Assembly: GCA_051362555.1 (NCBI GenBank)
Contig: CM120644.1
Span: 7,448,954-7,512,953, forward strand
DNA: 64,000 bases
Reading direction: 5' to 3'
Origin: Lingula anatina
Lineage: Eukaryota; Animalia; Brachiopoda
Shown here in pieces: positions 35,201 through 48,000 of the stretch (its first letter is position 1; each line of letters starts with the position of its first letter). The translations under genes were made by a program, and so were the position numbers. Below the pieces are notes generated by a model that saw nothing but the letters and a program-made list of their open reading frames with translations, ran no database searches and was not told the origin of the DNA.

Positions 35201-38200
35201 CTGGTGGAAACTCATAAGAACAACTTGACAGACTATGTCTACATGTGACTCATACCATGGTATCAATAGGTTTTGCTGAATGCTTTCGATAATATAATTT
35301 GCAACAAGCTGCAAATTGAGACTGAATAAAAATAAATGGTATTTTGCTGTCCAGAAAATGTGATCATTTATCACATCTCAGATTCAAATTGCAACTTCCA
35401 TATTTTCCTTGTTTCAACTACTGTGGGTGCACCTACACAGGATGTAATAGAAAAAAACCCTGTCTTGCCTTTAAATAACACAGGAAGAGATGTTTTGTTA
35501 TGTAAAACTTGAGGCACACCTCTCTCACAACATAAGGCACCTTTAAAGTAAATTGCATGGACCTCATGTGCATGTTACAACTTAATTGCAATCACCAATG
35601 TCTAGTTAAAGCCTTTATGTGGTGTGAAAACTCCCTTGATTACGTCCCATCCTTATTACATGTTGATAGCTGTAGTTCAAAACAAAAGTGCTTAGTTTTA
35701 TTATCAAAGTAACAACTCCCGTATAAATGAACAATCCTGGTCATTAATGATGCGGGTGCTGAAATAACTCTTGCAGGATGTATTCATTTTCACATTCACC
35801 TTCATTGTGTAACTGTCCCAGAAATTGTAATATTCTTCTTGGTATTCTTGCTTTATTTTGTCACGTTTTTCTGTAGGTTCACTTTATCCATACGCCTACC
35901 AGTGTCAGTGTTAATCAACAGGCTGAACTGTTACTTCCTATTTTTGGTCTCATTATATGTGGCAAGTTTATTCAGATAATCACTGGTTTTTATATAATGG
36001 CCGACTATGATCAGATTTAGCCATCTCAATGTACAAAAATGGTTAGAATTCTGAAAGAGCGTGAAGTTTTTAAAAGAAGTTTACCAACTCGTGAGTAAAC
36101 AACAGTAACTTTTTTTAATTGCACAAAAATATCCATATTTCCATCATTTTTCAGAATTTGCATGAGAGGAAGATTTTCAATCAGGTGAATTTCCGATAAA
36201 AAGCACACGCACCTCTTTAAGTTGATCTCCATTTCCCAGAGATGATGATCTTTTATGTCCTTTCTTCTTTTTATCCTTCTCCCCATCATCCCACTCTTCT
36301 GGTGTCTGTAAATGAAAAGAAGAAAAAAAAAATGACATGGAAGTTGAGAATGAGCAGACCAAAAAATTAGTCACTTTTCCAGGTCCACTTCACAATGAAT
36401 ATATAACATCACTTGTACTCTCCAGAGAAGACTGAACATACAAAATCATGACATATCACATGGTAGAAGTATATTAGCAAAATATAATGTTAACATCAAC
36501 TTGTTCACGGAGTTCCAACTGTGAGTTCCAATTCTTGAGTCATGCTATCATTAATGACAATTTGTTAGGCATGAGATTTACATGAGGAGGTACTTGGTTA
36601 CACAAAATGTATTTTGAAAATAATGAAAATCCATTCCTTAACCCTGAAATTTCGACCTCATGGGCTTCTCAATAATGCATGCTACACCAGGCCAATGATT
36701 ATCTACACTCCGCCTTCCCACCCCTTAAGACTGAGTCTGAGTTTACAAAGCAAGTTTACAACAAATCTAAAATTGTTAAAAGTAAAATAAAAACACCCCC
36801 CTCCCCCCCAAAGAGAGAGAGACAGACAGAAAGAGAAAATAATGAACTGAGCTATTATGCAGCTGTTCTATTACAGCTATTCAATGCTTCTTCCATGACA
36901 TATTCACCCCTCCTGAAGTCTTTGTGTGCCTTTTCCCACACTTTTAGAACCAAGAGTACATAAAGACAGACAAATAAGTCTTTCCTTTATGTTTTTATCT
37001 ATTTTCTGTGACTTTGAATAGACAATGAAAAAAAAAAAGAAAAAAAAAACTCACAAGGGAGAAAATATTGTGGCACAATCTATAACTCATTTTGATATAA
37101 TCAAAATCTGCAAGTCCCCCCCCCCCTCCCTCTCCAAAATATTCCTAGCTTCATAAAGCCTTCAGAGCATGCCGCTGACTAACACAGCCAACACCACAAC
37201 ATGCATGCTCTACAATTGATTGATCTTTCAGCATCATGTTAATTTGTGCTGCAGATCAATCTGACTTTTTATGAGGATATAAAATTATTCCATGGCACGC
37301 TGCCAGTTGGCAAGGAGCCAGCTGTATTCTAGACCTTTAGTATATAGCAGGAAAACTGATAAAAATCCTGGCCGCATGACTTGGTAAGGAGAGAAGGCTG
37401 AACTTGCAACAATAAATAACTTCACCTTTTCACTACTTCAATCTGATAATTTTCATGAAGCTAGACAAAAAATTATGAACTGTCTAAATATGAGATGCAT
37501 TCCAGTCAAGTTTCAGACAGTGGTGTCTCAGCTTTGTACTAAAATATCTTCAATTGGCAGAAATTTCTCATCATATACAATACAAGGAAGGGTACCAAAC
37601 AACACTTAATTCAATGACATTGGGTGAAAAAAAGGGGGGATTAGGCTGGTCCTCTGTGGTGAACTTATCATAATTAGACATTTTATATTACATGGCAGCT
37701 GGTGGGACAGCGGAGGGATTGGACTGGTTTTCTGCAGTGACCTAACCTTAATCACAAGGAAATTTAAGATAAAGATAGCACATGCTTAGAGCCCATTCAC
37801 AACAGCAGACTAACAGATTCGTGGATCAAATATAGCCGACCCATTGAATGCTTGTTGTGCATTCCCCGCAGGAAATCTATTGGGAATTGAGCATCAAGCT
37901 GTTCAGAATGCTCTCTTAATTAATCCACCAAAATGGAATGGGAATGCGCCTTCCGCCCCAGAAAGTTGAATCTTCTCAGCCAAGCTTGTGAAGTAGTTCA
38001 ACTCGTTTATAAAATAAAAGCCAAGACTGGCAGAAATCAAATATGAAATAAATAACACAGCTAGAAGAATGATCCCCAACCACATGCCCTGCTAAGCAAT
38101 CTGTCTAGTTCATTTCCTGTCTAATTTAGCCCTGATGTGAACATGCTCCACCAGGAGCAAGTCTTCTCAGCAGCAAGACTATTTCTGGTGTAAGGTGTGA

Positions 38201-38372
38201 TTGTTATCCATTCTAGTGTACGAATTATACAGCTGTGTTCACATTTCAACTTACTTAGACATGAAATAGACCAAACAGTATTAAACAGTGCCATGAAATA
38301 ATCATATGACAAACTTCCCCATTGTAATATAGTTCATCCTAAAAAGTTTCTGTCAAATCTGTTAAGTTTTAA

Positions 38373-38407
<35 letters not shown>

Positions 38408-41400
38408 CGTGCGTGTTCATGTGTAGGAGTAAGGAAGAAGGGGCACCTTGTCACACCTCACCTGTGTTGTTTTATCTGCCATGTATATACCAGACACATG
38501 TTGAAAGAAGTCTGTCTTTGGCCACTGACTGGACAGGTACTGTCCCGTGATCGTGTCAAGAGAACCTGCACGGCGTATGCCCGCAGACGAGGCTGGGCTC
38601 CCGCGGACTGGCTTTGGTCTTTCAACTGGAATATATCAAGATAACCTGTGCTGAGGAAATAAAACACTGTTTTCACATTCCAAACAAACATAAATGCCCA
38701 TTTTGAAATCCTATACCTTGATAGTTACTATGGCCGTTTCTTCAATCGCAGGGAAAAAATATTTTAACTGGAATTTTCATTTAGAGGCTAGTTAAGCACC
38801 TGTGGTCACACTCCCTGAAGGCCACTTGTCAGAGGCAGAGAAAAATAGGAATAATAACTCTGATTTTAGCTGGTGGTTGAAAAAATACCATGGTAAATGA
38901 GTGTATAACACAGCTGATGGAAATCTGTGTTTAAAATTTTTCTGTCTGTCTGTTTGTCTGTCAACTCAACAAGCACGCACACACACACACACACCAGCAT
39001 ATCAGCAATCAATAATCATGCAGTCAAAGCAGAAATCCATTTCATACTCTATCCTCTATGACTCAATGCTGTTTTTGCCTTGATATAGTCAGAATGCATT
39101 GGGTTTCATTTATAATTGTCCTTGATTATGAAAGAAATCTGTGAAAATTGTGATAATCTGCAGATTCTGTAATATTTTACTTACAAAAAAATGATCTTTC
39201 AAATACAGTAAGGACATGGTAAATCTAGGTTTTACCTGTAAATAAACTGTTTAATACCAAATCATAAAGTTTTATGTGAATAAGTTCATTTAATTTTTCC
39301 AATTTCACACTTTGCTGTTCTACCTCCCTTGCAACTGCACCATTTAATTTAAATAGCAATACCCCAGAAGCAGCTGTTCTATCACCCTCCCTCCTCATGC
39401 ATTGGGGTCTCTATAGTGTCATTTCCTTCACCCATTCAACTAGTGTTGATTTACCAATCTACTTTACATCAAGCGTTAAATGGCAGCATTAATGTACAAA
39501 TGTGGCTCCAGTTTAGGATAGAATTCGCATTTGTCTTGGTTCGATCCGGCATACATTTTGTTTCAGCCCATCAGCTAAAATTTCAGTCCAATCGAATGTT
39601 TCTGACCACAATCTATATTACACTGACAAAAATGTATAATTCCACACTTTTGTGAGGAAATAAATTGCTTGCACCCATTGGGAAAAAAATCCACAGGTTG
39701 TCTGAAGAGAAGTTTAGAATTCCCCTTTAAGCTTGATCTAATTACACAAATAGCCCTGTAAACAGTTTGTTTATCATTTGGTTTATAAATTGTTATTGTT
39801 TAGATTGCTCAATTGAGGTGTTTGTATTGCTGCAATTTTGTAACTTAGACAAGAACATCGAGTTACATGCCAGGTGTGGGTCAAATATATTACATTGCAG
39901 TCATGGAAGTTAAACACTGGTCTTACAAGTGTTTTCAATACACTGTTCCATGTACTTTGAATGAAGAAATGATTAAATCACAATATTTCAATATCATAGC
40001 TCAAAATCAGAAATGTCAAGTGTCATTTTGAAGATTGCTTAATGTAAGGTGATGGCTTTATCTTTGGTTCAAAGATTCAGAAATTCAGGAAGCATTTTGT
40101 TATCACAGAACAAGAATTATGACAATCTCAAGTTTTTCATTACATGCCAAGTAGCAAGTTAAATGGTTGTGCAGTAAAATGATTTTCTAAGAAAAAAAAT
40201 TTATTATTTCATGATACATACTTCATTCACCGAAGCCAAAAATTGAGTTGGGCGGATTGTCTGTCTGTACGACAACAACAACAACAACAGTAGTCTGAGC
40301 ACAGGAAATTAAGGAAATTATCTGGAATATGTGAAGCCATGGAGTCATTTTGAGTTTATCCTCAGCCAAATTAGATGCATGTACTACTCAGGAAATAAAG
40401 GAACAATTGAAAATATGTGAAACAAGATTAGACATTTAGACTTCTGCACTGGCCTAGTTCTCAAACATGGTGCCAAGTCTTTGCTAGTTAATTTTTTTTT
40501 TTTTTTTTTTTTGGGGGGGGGGGAGACACTCCTTATTATTCAGTATTTAATCAAGACATCTTCACAAAGTAAGGGCATACTGCAGTCATATATTCGAATG
40601 AATAGTGAACTAAGTCCCGATTCGAATAACTGTAGTAGTCTGAATGCGTGAGGATCTCTGTTGATAATGCTTGTCATAATGCTCACTTTCAGCCACCACC
40701 TCGCAGTTGGAAATTTTTCCCAGCTCTGTAGCAACAAAATCACATCCAAATCATTTATATCGTAAGTCAACCCACTGATGCCACCGAATGAGCAGATTAT
40801 GTAACTTGAAATTTCTCATATTTTGCTAACCCCCCTCCCCCGAGATAATATTGTCTTTTAGTCAAGAAGGCAATATCCAATCTAAGTAATGACCCAACAT
40901 CAGTCCACTTGTGACAGTTCAAATTATACATAATATTGGCATTTTGTCTCTTTTACAGACAATATACTTAAAGCAATATGTGTGCACAGAGTAAGTTCAT
41001 ATATCTTAGCTTTCTTCCTCTCAAATGTGGCCATAAAATACAGCACAGATGCTGAGCTTACTTATGCACCAATTTCAATGCATATCAGACAGTTCACCAA
41101 ATGTCATGATTGAGATTTCTAACCACAAAAGCACCTTACTATGGCACTTACTTAGGTTTCAAACTCCTAATTAATGAGTTTCACCTTTTCGAGACCCCCC
41201 CCCCCCCCATCAAGATTTACTCTATTCAAAATAGTACACTTTTTGCCAAGAACCTTAGGTCCAATTTTACTCTGAAGTATATGTAGCAGTAATCCCCATC
41301 TACTTCTCCACCATGACTTCCACAAGAATATATGTAACAGCCCCATATCTATAACAATGAATCCCTGTTTCACCGTATGGAAAATATCAGCATGTGCAGT

Positions 41401-41980
41401 AAGATAAAACATATATATATATATAAACATAACCCAGGTAAATGTCTGAAAATAGCCCCGCCCTACCTCACCTCTATGCCCCCCCCCCACACACACACAC
41501 ACACACACACACACCTCTTTCTTCAAAAGGTGTAAAAATTAAAACATAGGGTTTGATAACACATACAGTACTGATACAAGCACCATGCTCCTGAGAACCA
41601 CTGAATACGTGTACAGTCATACAAAACATTCTTGGGTGTATCTCCACTATCATTCTCAAAGCTTAACCCCCCCTAGCCCCCCCCCCTCCCCCAGTCCTCC
41701 AGCCTTCTCTACACAAACTCAGCAAAGTAACCCCAACACACGGCTATACAGCTACATATTGATCCAGGCCCTGTGCTATTGAAAACAGCAGTATTGTATT
41801 AGCTAAGACCAGCTGAACAAAGCAACTTTTCTACAGCCCCAACACCAACCAAGCTTTGGTGTGTTTGTATGGGTATGTAAGTATGTGTGTGTGTATGTGC
41901 CAATTCTGTTCGCCTTTTAGTTTCAAGAATTATATATGAAATCATTACTAACAAGGCATGACCAGTTTCCAATAACAGAC

Positions 41981-42020
<40 letters not shown>

Positions 42021-45000
42021 GTTGTTGTTGTTGGGGGAGGGGAGGGGGGAGCAACTACCTCTCACAGATATTGGGTGGGTGTTTTCTTTTTTTGGATAGG
42101 AGGGTGTTTATGACAGATATTGGATGTCAGATGGGGCTGACAGTACTAATGCCTGATATGAGAGAGAGAGAGGGAGAGAAGGAGATATGCTAGCTTCACT
42201 TTATTATCTATGCATGATAACCTTTTTTATGCCATAGAGCAACACAATTTCACCAGAGTCAAACTTTTGAACTGAACAAATCACACATATGGCTGAAAAA
42301 TGTGAAATATTTTCCATCACTAAACTAAATCTGATCAGGCTTAGTATCTGGCTAACACTCAGGGTATTCTAGTCTTCACTACAACCACATGGTATCACAG
42401 CTTACTAATCAGAACAGTCTGTTGGTAAGTATATAACTACATGTACATCCTAGGATGTGAATGCCCAGGTTGTAGGTTCTGACCTAGGGGATGGGAAGAA
42501 GCCTGATCACAATGTGAACTCTGCTGGGTTCAAGCACAAGCCGGTTTTTAAAGTCAAAACCACCATGCTATAAGTCAAGCAGCTCTACCTCCCCACAAGC
42601 TTCTCTCTGATGTTTTGCACACAGAAGTGCTGTGATCTCCTGCCCCCCCCTGCCCCCCCCCCCACTCTCAAACCCAACTCCCAAGAACCATATCAAGGTA
42701 CCATGAAAAATTTACTGCAATCCGTAAGAACAAGTAAATCTTCATACATTTTTGAAAATTCTATTAAACAATAGCATTTCGCATGACAAGCACTAGCTAC
42801 AAAGTTGATTGAAATTAGTCAAATGTCACTTGCCTTACCACATGCTGTGGACAGTTTATTAAATGGATGCACAAGTTATACCCTGCTCATGCAGTCTCCC
42901 AAACTCACTGAAACCATAAACTGGACTGCAATAATTTGAGAGCACGTTGGCAACACAACCCCATCTTGCACTTTTTACCTTGAAGTTCGTTTTCCATTTC
43001 TTCTTGATTTTTAAATTAAAATGCAATTTGCAACATTGCATTCTTCTTCATCTCCTTTTCTTTCTTTAGTAATGCAAAAAGAAGAAAAAATACTTTCCAA
43101 GTGAAAATATGTTACAGAAATAAAGCACTGCCCATGCACAAATAAAAGTATGTCTGCAGCTTGAGATTCTCACCTCAGAATTAAAAAGAAAAAGTATGTC
43201 ATGGTCACTTCATGGTTAAATGCAGACAGATAGACATAAAAACCTCACCTCCTACAACCTAAATTATTTTGCATTCTCCTAATAACACGCAAGTCACGAA
43301 AAGGGTGCCCTTTCTTTGAATCTGCGCTAAAACTGGATCAAATTAATAATAGTGTAACGACTCACAAATAAATGCACATCAAACTTTGGTCATTATCTGA
43401 GGCAGACAAGCATAAATTCTGAGAAAAAAAAAGTAAGACACAAAATAGTGACCTAATTCACCTAGTTTCTTATTAAAATAGGACAAAAATACATCTTGAG
43501 GAAAACAAAGCATTCAGCACGAGTCCCTGCAGGGTTAAATGGATCTATGAAGAACAATAATTTCACTGGGAATGAACCTTCAGGTTATCGAATGTATTAT
43601 GAATGCTCTCATGTGACATTGGGTGGACAGTGTTTTTCCAAGTTGTTCCAACTGTGAACACATCCAAAAAAAAGTTCACATAAGTTACGTGGCTCCTTAC
43701 ATCTACCATTATAAGATAATGTAAAATAAATTGGCCCAGTTATAAACACAACCAAAGTGAACTGTCTCCATTAACATCCACCCCCTCATTCATGCAGACT
43801 AAGCCATTACCAAGCACCTGATACTCCACCATACTTTATCTTAATGTATTCCTTCAGGCTATGTTGCCTTGACTCATTTTGGTACGACCAATCTGAAGTC
43901 ATCATATTCCGATCAACTCACCACAGACAGCAAATCCAATCTCTCTATTATCCCACCTACTGTATCTAACCGCCTACTCAAGCTGCTAGAGGGTACGTAA
44001 CGGTAGTCAGTTACCCCCTAGTTACTGGAGGGGGCGTGCCAGACCTGATTACACTGAAAGCACTTTAGCGAGAAGCCCCACAGAGTTAGATCGATCCATC
44101 TTGTACTATGGGTTTAAGGAAACGCGGTCTATAAAGTTCTTTATATCTAGCTGTACATTAATCTGCTCTGCGTCATTCTGAGATACTGGCCTTCAATGGG
44201 CTGGCCATAATGTATGAAAGTCATCGAAATGGAGGCCCAGTGCTCACATTACCAGCGGACCAGCGTTGAAACTAAATTCACTTTGATTGGCCCAAACAGC
44301 CAGCTGCGAACTTGTAAAAGGGTATAAAACAGTGGCGGATGGAAGCCATCTTTCAAGTCTTCCCGAAGACGGTCAGAGCTTTTCAAGTTTGTACTGAGGG
44401 GCACCTAATTTTTTCTGTCGGACGATGGTCAAAAATGGAGGATTGATCAGGTACTTTGAAAGTCTTGCCAGAATATATGGATCCGCCCCTGCAAAGCCCC
44501 TTGAAAGAACATACTGCTAAGAAGTAATGACCAGTTAAAATGGCAAAAAGTGTATTGCACATTGTGAAGGGGGTAGGAAAAAGCCTAGACAGACCATTTG
44601 GGAAAGAAATTACTAGTAATTTTAGTTCATAGGATGGTGAAATCACAGTCTATGGAATCTTCTTTATATTCATGATTGGATATCCTTCAGGTCAGTCAAT
44701 TATCAAATCTCAACTATGGTTTTTAGCTGCTGTTGGACGATTCTATTATTGCAACTTCAAATCTCCATAAACTTGCAACTGCAATGTCAATCTTGATCGG
44801 GTTACCATTAAAAGTGACTGTTTTTCTATTTCTGTAAAGAAAATGAATCACTTTTTCTACCTAAAAAACAAACTGAATCAGTAACATTTACTGTACCATG
44901 TATGTACACGACAAACTGGTTCAGTGTGTGACCAAGTGCAAGTTGATTTTTTCCAATTTTAGAACATGAATCATTCCATTGTAATATTGAGCAAATTTCT

Positions 45001-48000
45001 GATAATAAGGCACGATCTGGTTAGCGATAATGTCATGAATAGCTTGTATAGTAAATATGCACATTCACACACCGTCAGAAAGATTTTCACTAAAAAAAAA
45101 AAAGGATTTACGTCTGGTTGTAGAAAAATTGTTTGTTCCAATCCCAAATGATCCCTTATATGCTCGAGCATTATAAGGGATAGAAGGGATCAAATAGAGA
45201 GAGAAGGATTCCATGGCAAAAATTGCATTCAAGTGTTTATCATCTGAAAGCAGGACTAAAACACTCTTTGTCAATACTGTTGTGAGCGCAGCCCTGTTCC
45301 AGGCAAGCAAACAGTAGTGGGAGGGTTTTCATTTCATAGACGAGTCTGTCAAATACCACCTCTAGTTATGAGAGACTAATGTCACACCCACGTCAGGTTT
45401 TTTATATCTTTCCCTTTTTTTCTTGTGGTGATGGAAAACATTCACTTGGTTTGGAACAAAAAATGTTTAATAATTCAAAAGATGGTAAATGCATCCTGGC
45501 TTAGTTATCTTTCTAAGTATTTGGTAATTTAGAAAATTTAGTGGGTGGGTGGGTAGAAGATGACAAGAACTGCAATTAAGGTTTTTCTTTATCCTATAGT
45601 CAGATTTTTTGCCTTGGGAGAGGAGTACATGAAAAGTGACGTGTTGGAGGGCATTTAATAGTCATTATTGTAAACTAGAAGAGTAGAAATCAGTATATAT
45701 ATGATGATTCAATTTAATTTCAACTTCAATTATTTATCACCCAACTTAGTAATATGCTATCAAACACCCCATTCCCATGGGCACTGTTGGTCTACGTATA
45801 TTAATCCAAATCTGCAGAGACTCTTGCTGAGCACAATCAACTAAATTGAATGACACGCCTCCTCTATTTTCCAATGTACTCGAATATAACCCGATTTTCA
45901 GTATTCTACTCAGTGCCAGAATAGCATTATTGAAATAGCACGGTATCAAGTTGTGCTGTAACAAGTGAATTGTAACTGCACCTTTTGTTCTCGTCTGAGC
46001 AAATTTATACAGTGCACAGGTTCTGAAGAAGAAAACACTGGTAAAAGCAAAGCATGTACATTGTTAATGAGCACAGAGAATGCATCAAAGCCAGAGTTGG
46101 AAAAGCCTGCTATGTAATGTGAATAATGAAGTAAAAACATGATGGTTACAGTAATAACAACATGAAAGCCGTGACTGTGCTGATTCAGCTGTAGAAATCA
46201 TAGGACTGGATAAGCACTTTTGCCGACAGGCCAAGTCAATTTCCTCCCAATTCGGTGGCGTTCTTAACCGGAATCTCTGACAATGGAAATAATCAAAAGA
46301 GTTGAAATCCCAAGGTGCGTGGTAATTTTTACGTGATCTGGGGATTGTTTTCCAAATGGATTGTTCATTAACAGCTTCTAGTTTCACCAAACATTCAAAT
46401 GAAATTGAAAATTGGCGTGGGGACAAACTGTGAAAACTTAAGCCTACACTGTAACACACCAGTACATTAGCATTTCATTAATAACGTCCTGGATGGGTTG
46501 GTACGTGGGTTATAATTAAGTAATAAAGTAATGAACTGTTACTGTCTTGATATTCATTTTTGCTATAGTCTGTCATCTGGTTTTAGCAGTCTCATTTTTG
46601 TGACAAAGGCCCAAGCTTGTCTGCTAACCCCCATTTCAAATACACAACTGGTCAAGCTATTCAGTGACACTACTGTCAAGATGACCAATTCCAAATGATG
46701 TCACCGGCCCTGGCTATCTGATGAAGTCAGTTGTTTCCCATTTAATTTAATGTAGTTCTGATTGCAGCTTTTATTCACAGCACATGACTTCAGCTGCATT
46801 TACACTTACTATAACTCAACCCTTCCATTACAAAAAAAAAACTCAAACCCTATTCGAAACCCAACCCAGGTCTGCCTGGTGATGTCATTTGGTCTTTTCC
46901 AGGTCTGAGTCTAATCATGATGTGAACATGGCCTTCATACTGCTATACATGCACACACACACAGTCCTATAGCACTATGACTACACACTAACATCCTATA
47001 AACCTTTTCAATTATATAAAATGCACATCTGGTAAGACCTTGCTTGCCTTCACACCTTCTTCTCACTAGTAAATAGACCACTCATACATGCTGGAATCCA
47101 CCTTAAACTTGTACAACATGTATTTTCTTAATACACATTTCCCCCTTATGACTGTATCTCACACAGCTGTGTGCGTGCCCCTGCTTGAAATGAACAAACC
47201 AGTTTTATTTCTCTTGGTTCTTTGATATCACGGTTAATATGTAGATCATAATATCACAAGTACCCTACGGTTTATATGTAGATCATAATATCACAAGTAC
47301 CCTACGGTTTATACGTAGATCATAATATCACAAGTACCCTACGGTTTATACGTAGATCATAATATCACAAGTACCCTACGGTTTATACGTAGATCATAAT
47401 ATCACAAGTACCCTACGGTTTATACGTAGATCATAATATCACAAGTACCCTACGGTTTATACGTAGATCATAATATCACAAGTACCCTACGGTTTATACG
47501 TAGATCATAATATCACAAGTACCCTACGGTTTATACGTAGATCATAATATCACAAGTACCCTACGGTTTATACGTAGATCATAATATCACAAGTACCCTA
47601 CGGTTTATATGTAGATCATAATATCACAAGTACCCTACGGTTTATATGTAGATCATAATATCACAAGTACCCTCCAAATCTACACATGCATTTCCCATTC
47701 AGCCTGCCTACTTATTGGTATCACTATGCACATATATATATGTAGCACATGATGATATACATAAGTGTGCATGCATGTGGACTGTCTGTGGATACTGCTG
47801 CCACTGAAGGAAATAGTGTCATGAAGAAAAGGTGGAAGGGAGTCACCATCTCTCTCTCTCTCCCTCTCTCTCTCTCTCCTGCAATTATTATAAATTCGTC
47901 AACTGTCCGGCATCAAGCAAGAGACTCACCCTGGATCTGACCAAGGGTTACCCCCAACCCCCCTTTGGACCTTTGCTTCTCACGCTTTGCCCTTGGGACT

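Noticed and set aside
40201-40489. Another possible HINE relic (TGTC/CAA microsatellites, CTAGTT end)
   Set aside because: The subTIR pair could not be identified, so it is too degraded to call.
47231-47673. CRISPR array (37-bp repeat length is CRISPR-like)
   Set aside because: The units are directly adjacent with no unique spacers, there are no cas genes, and the context is a eukaryotic intron.
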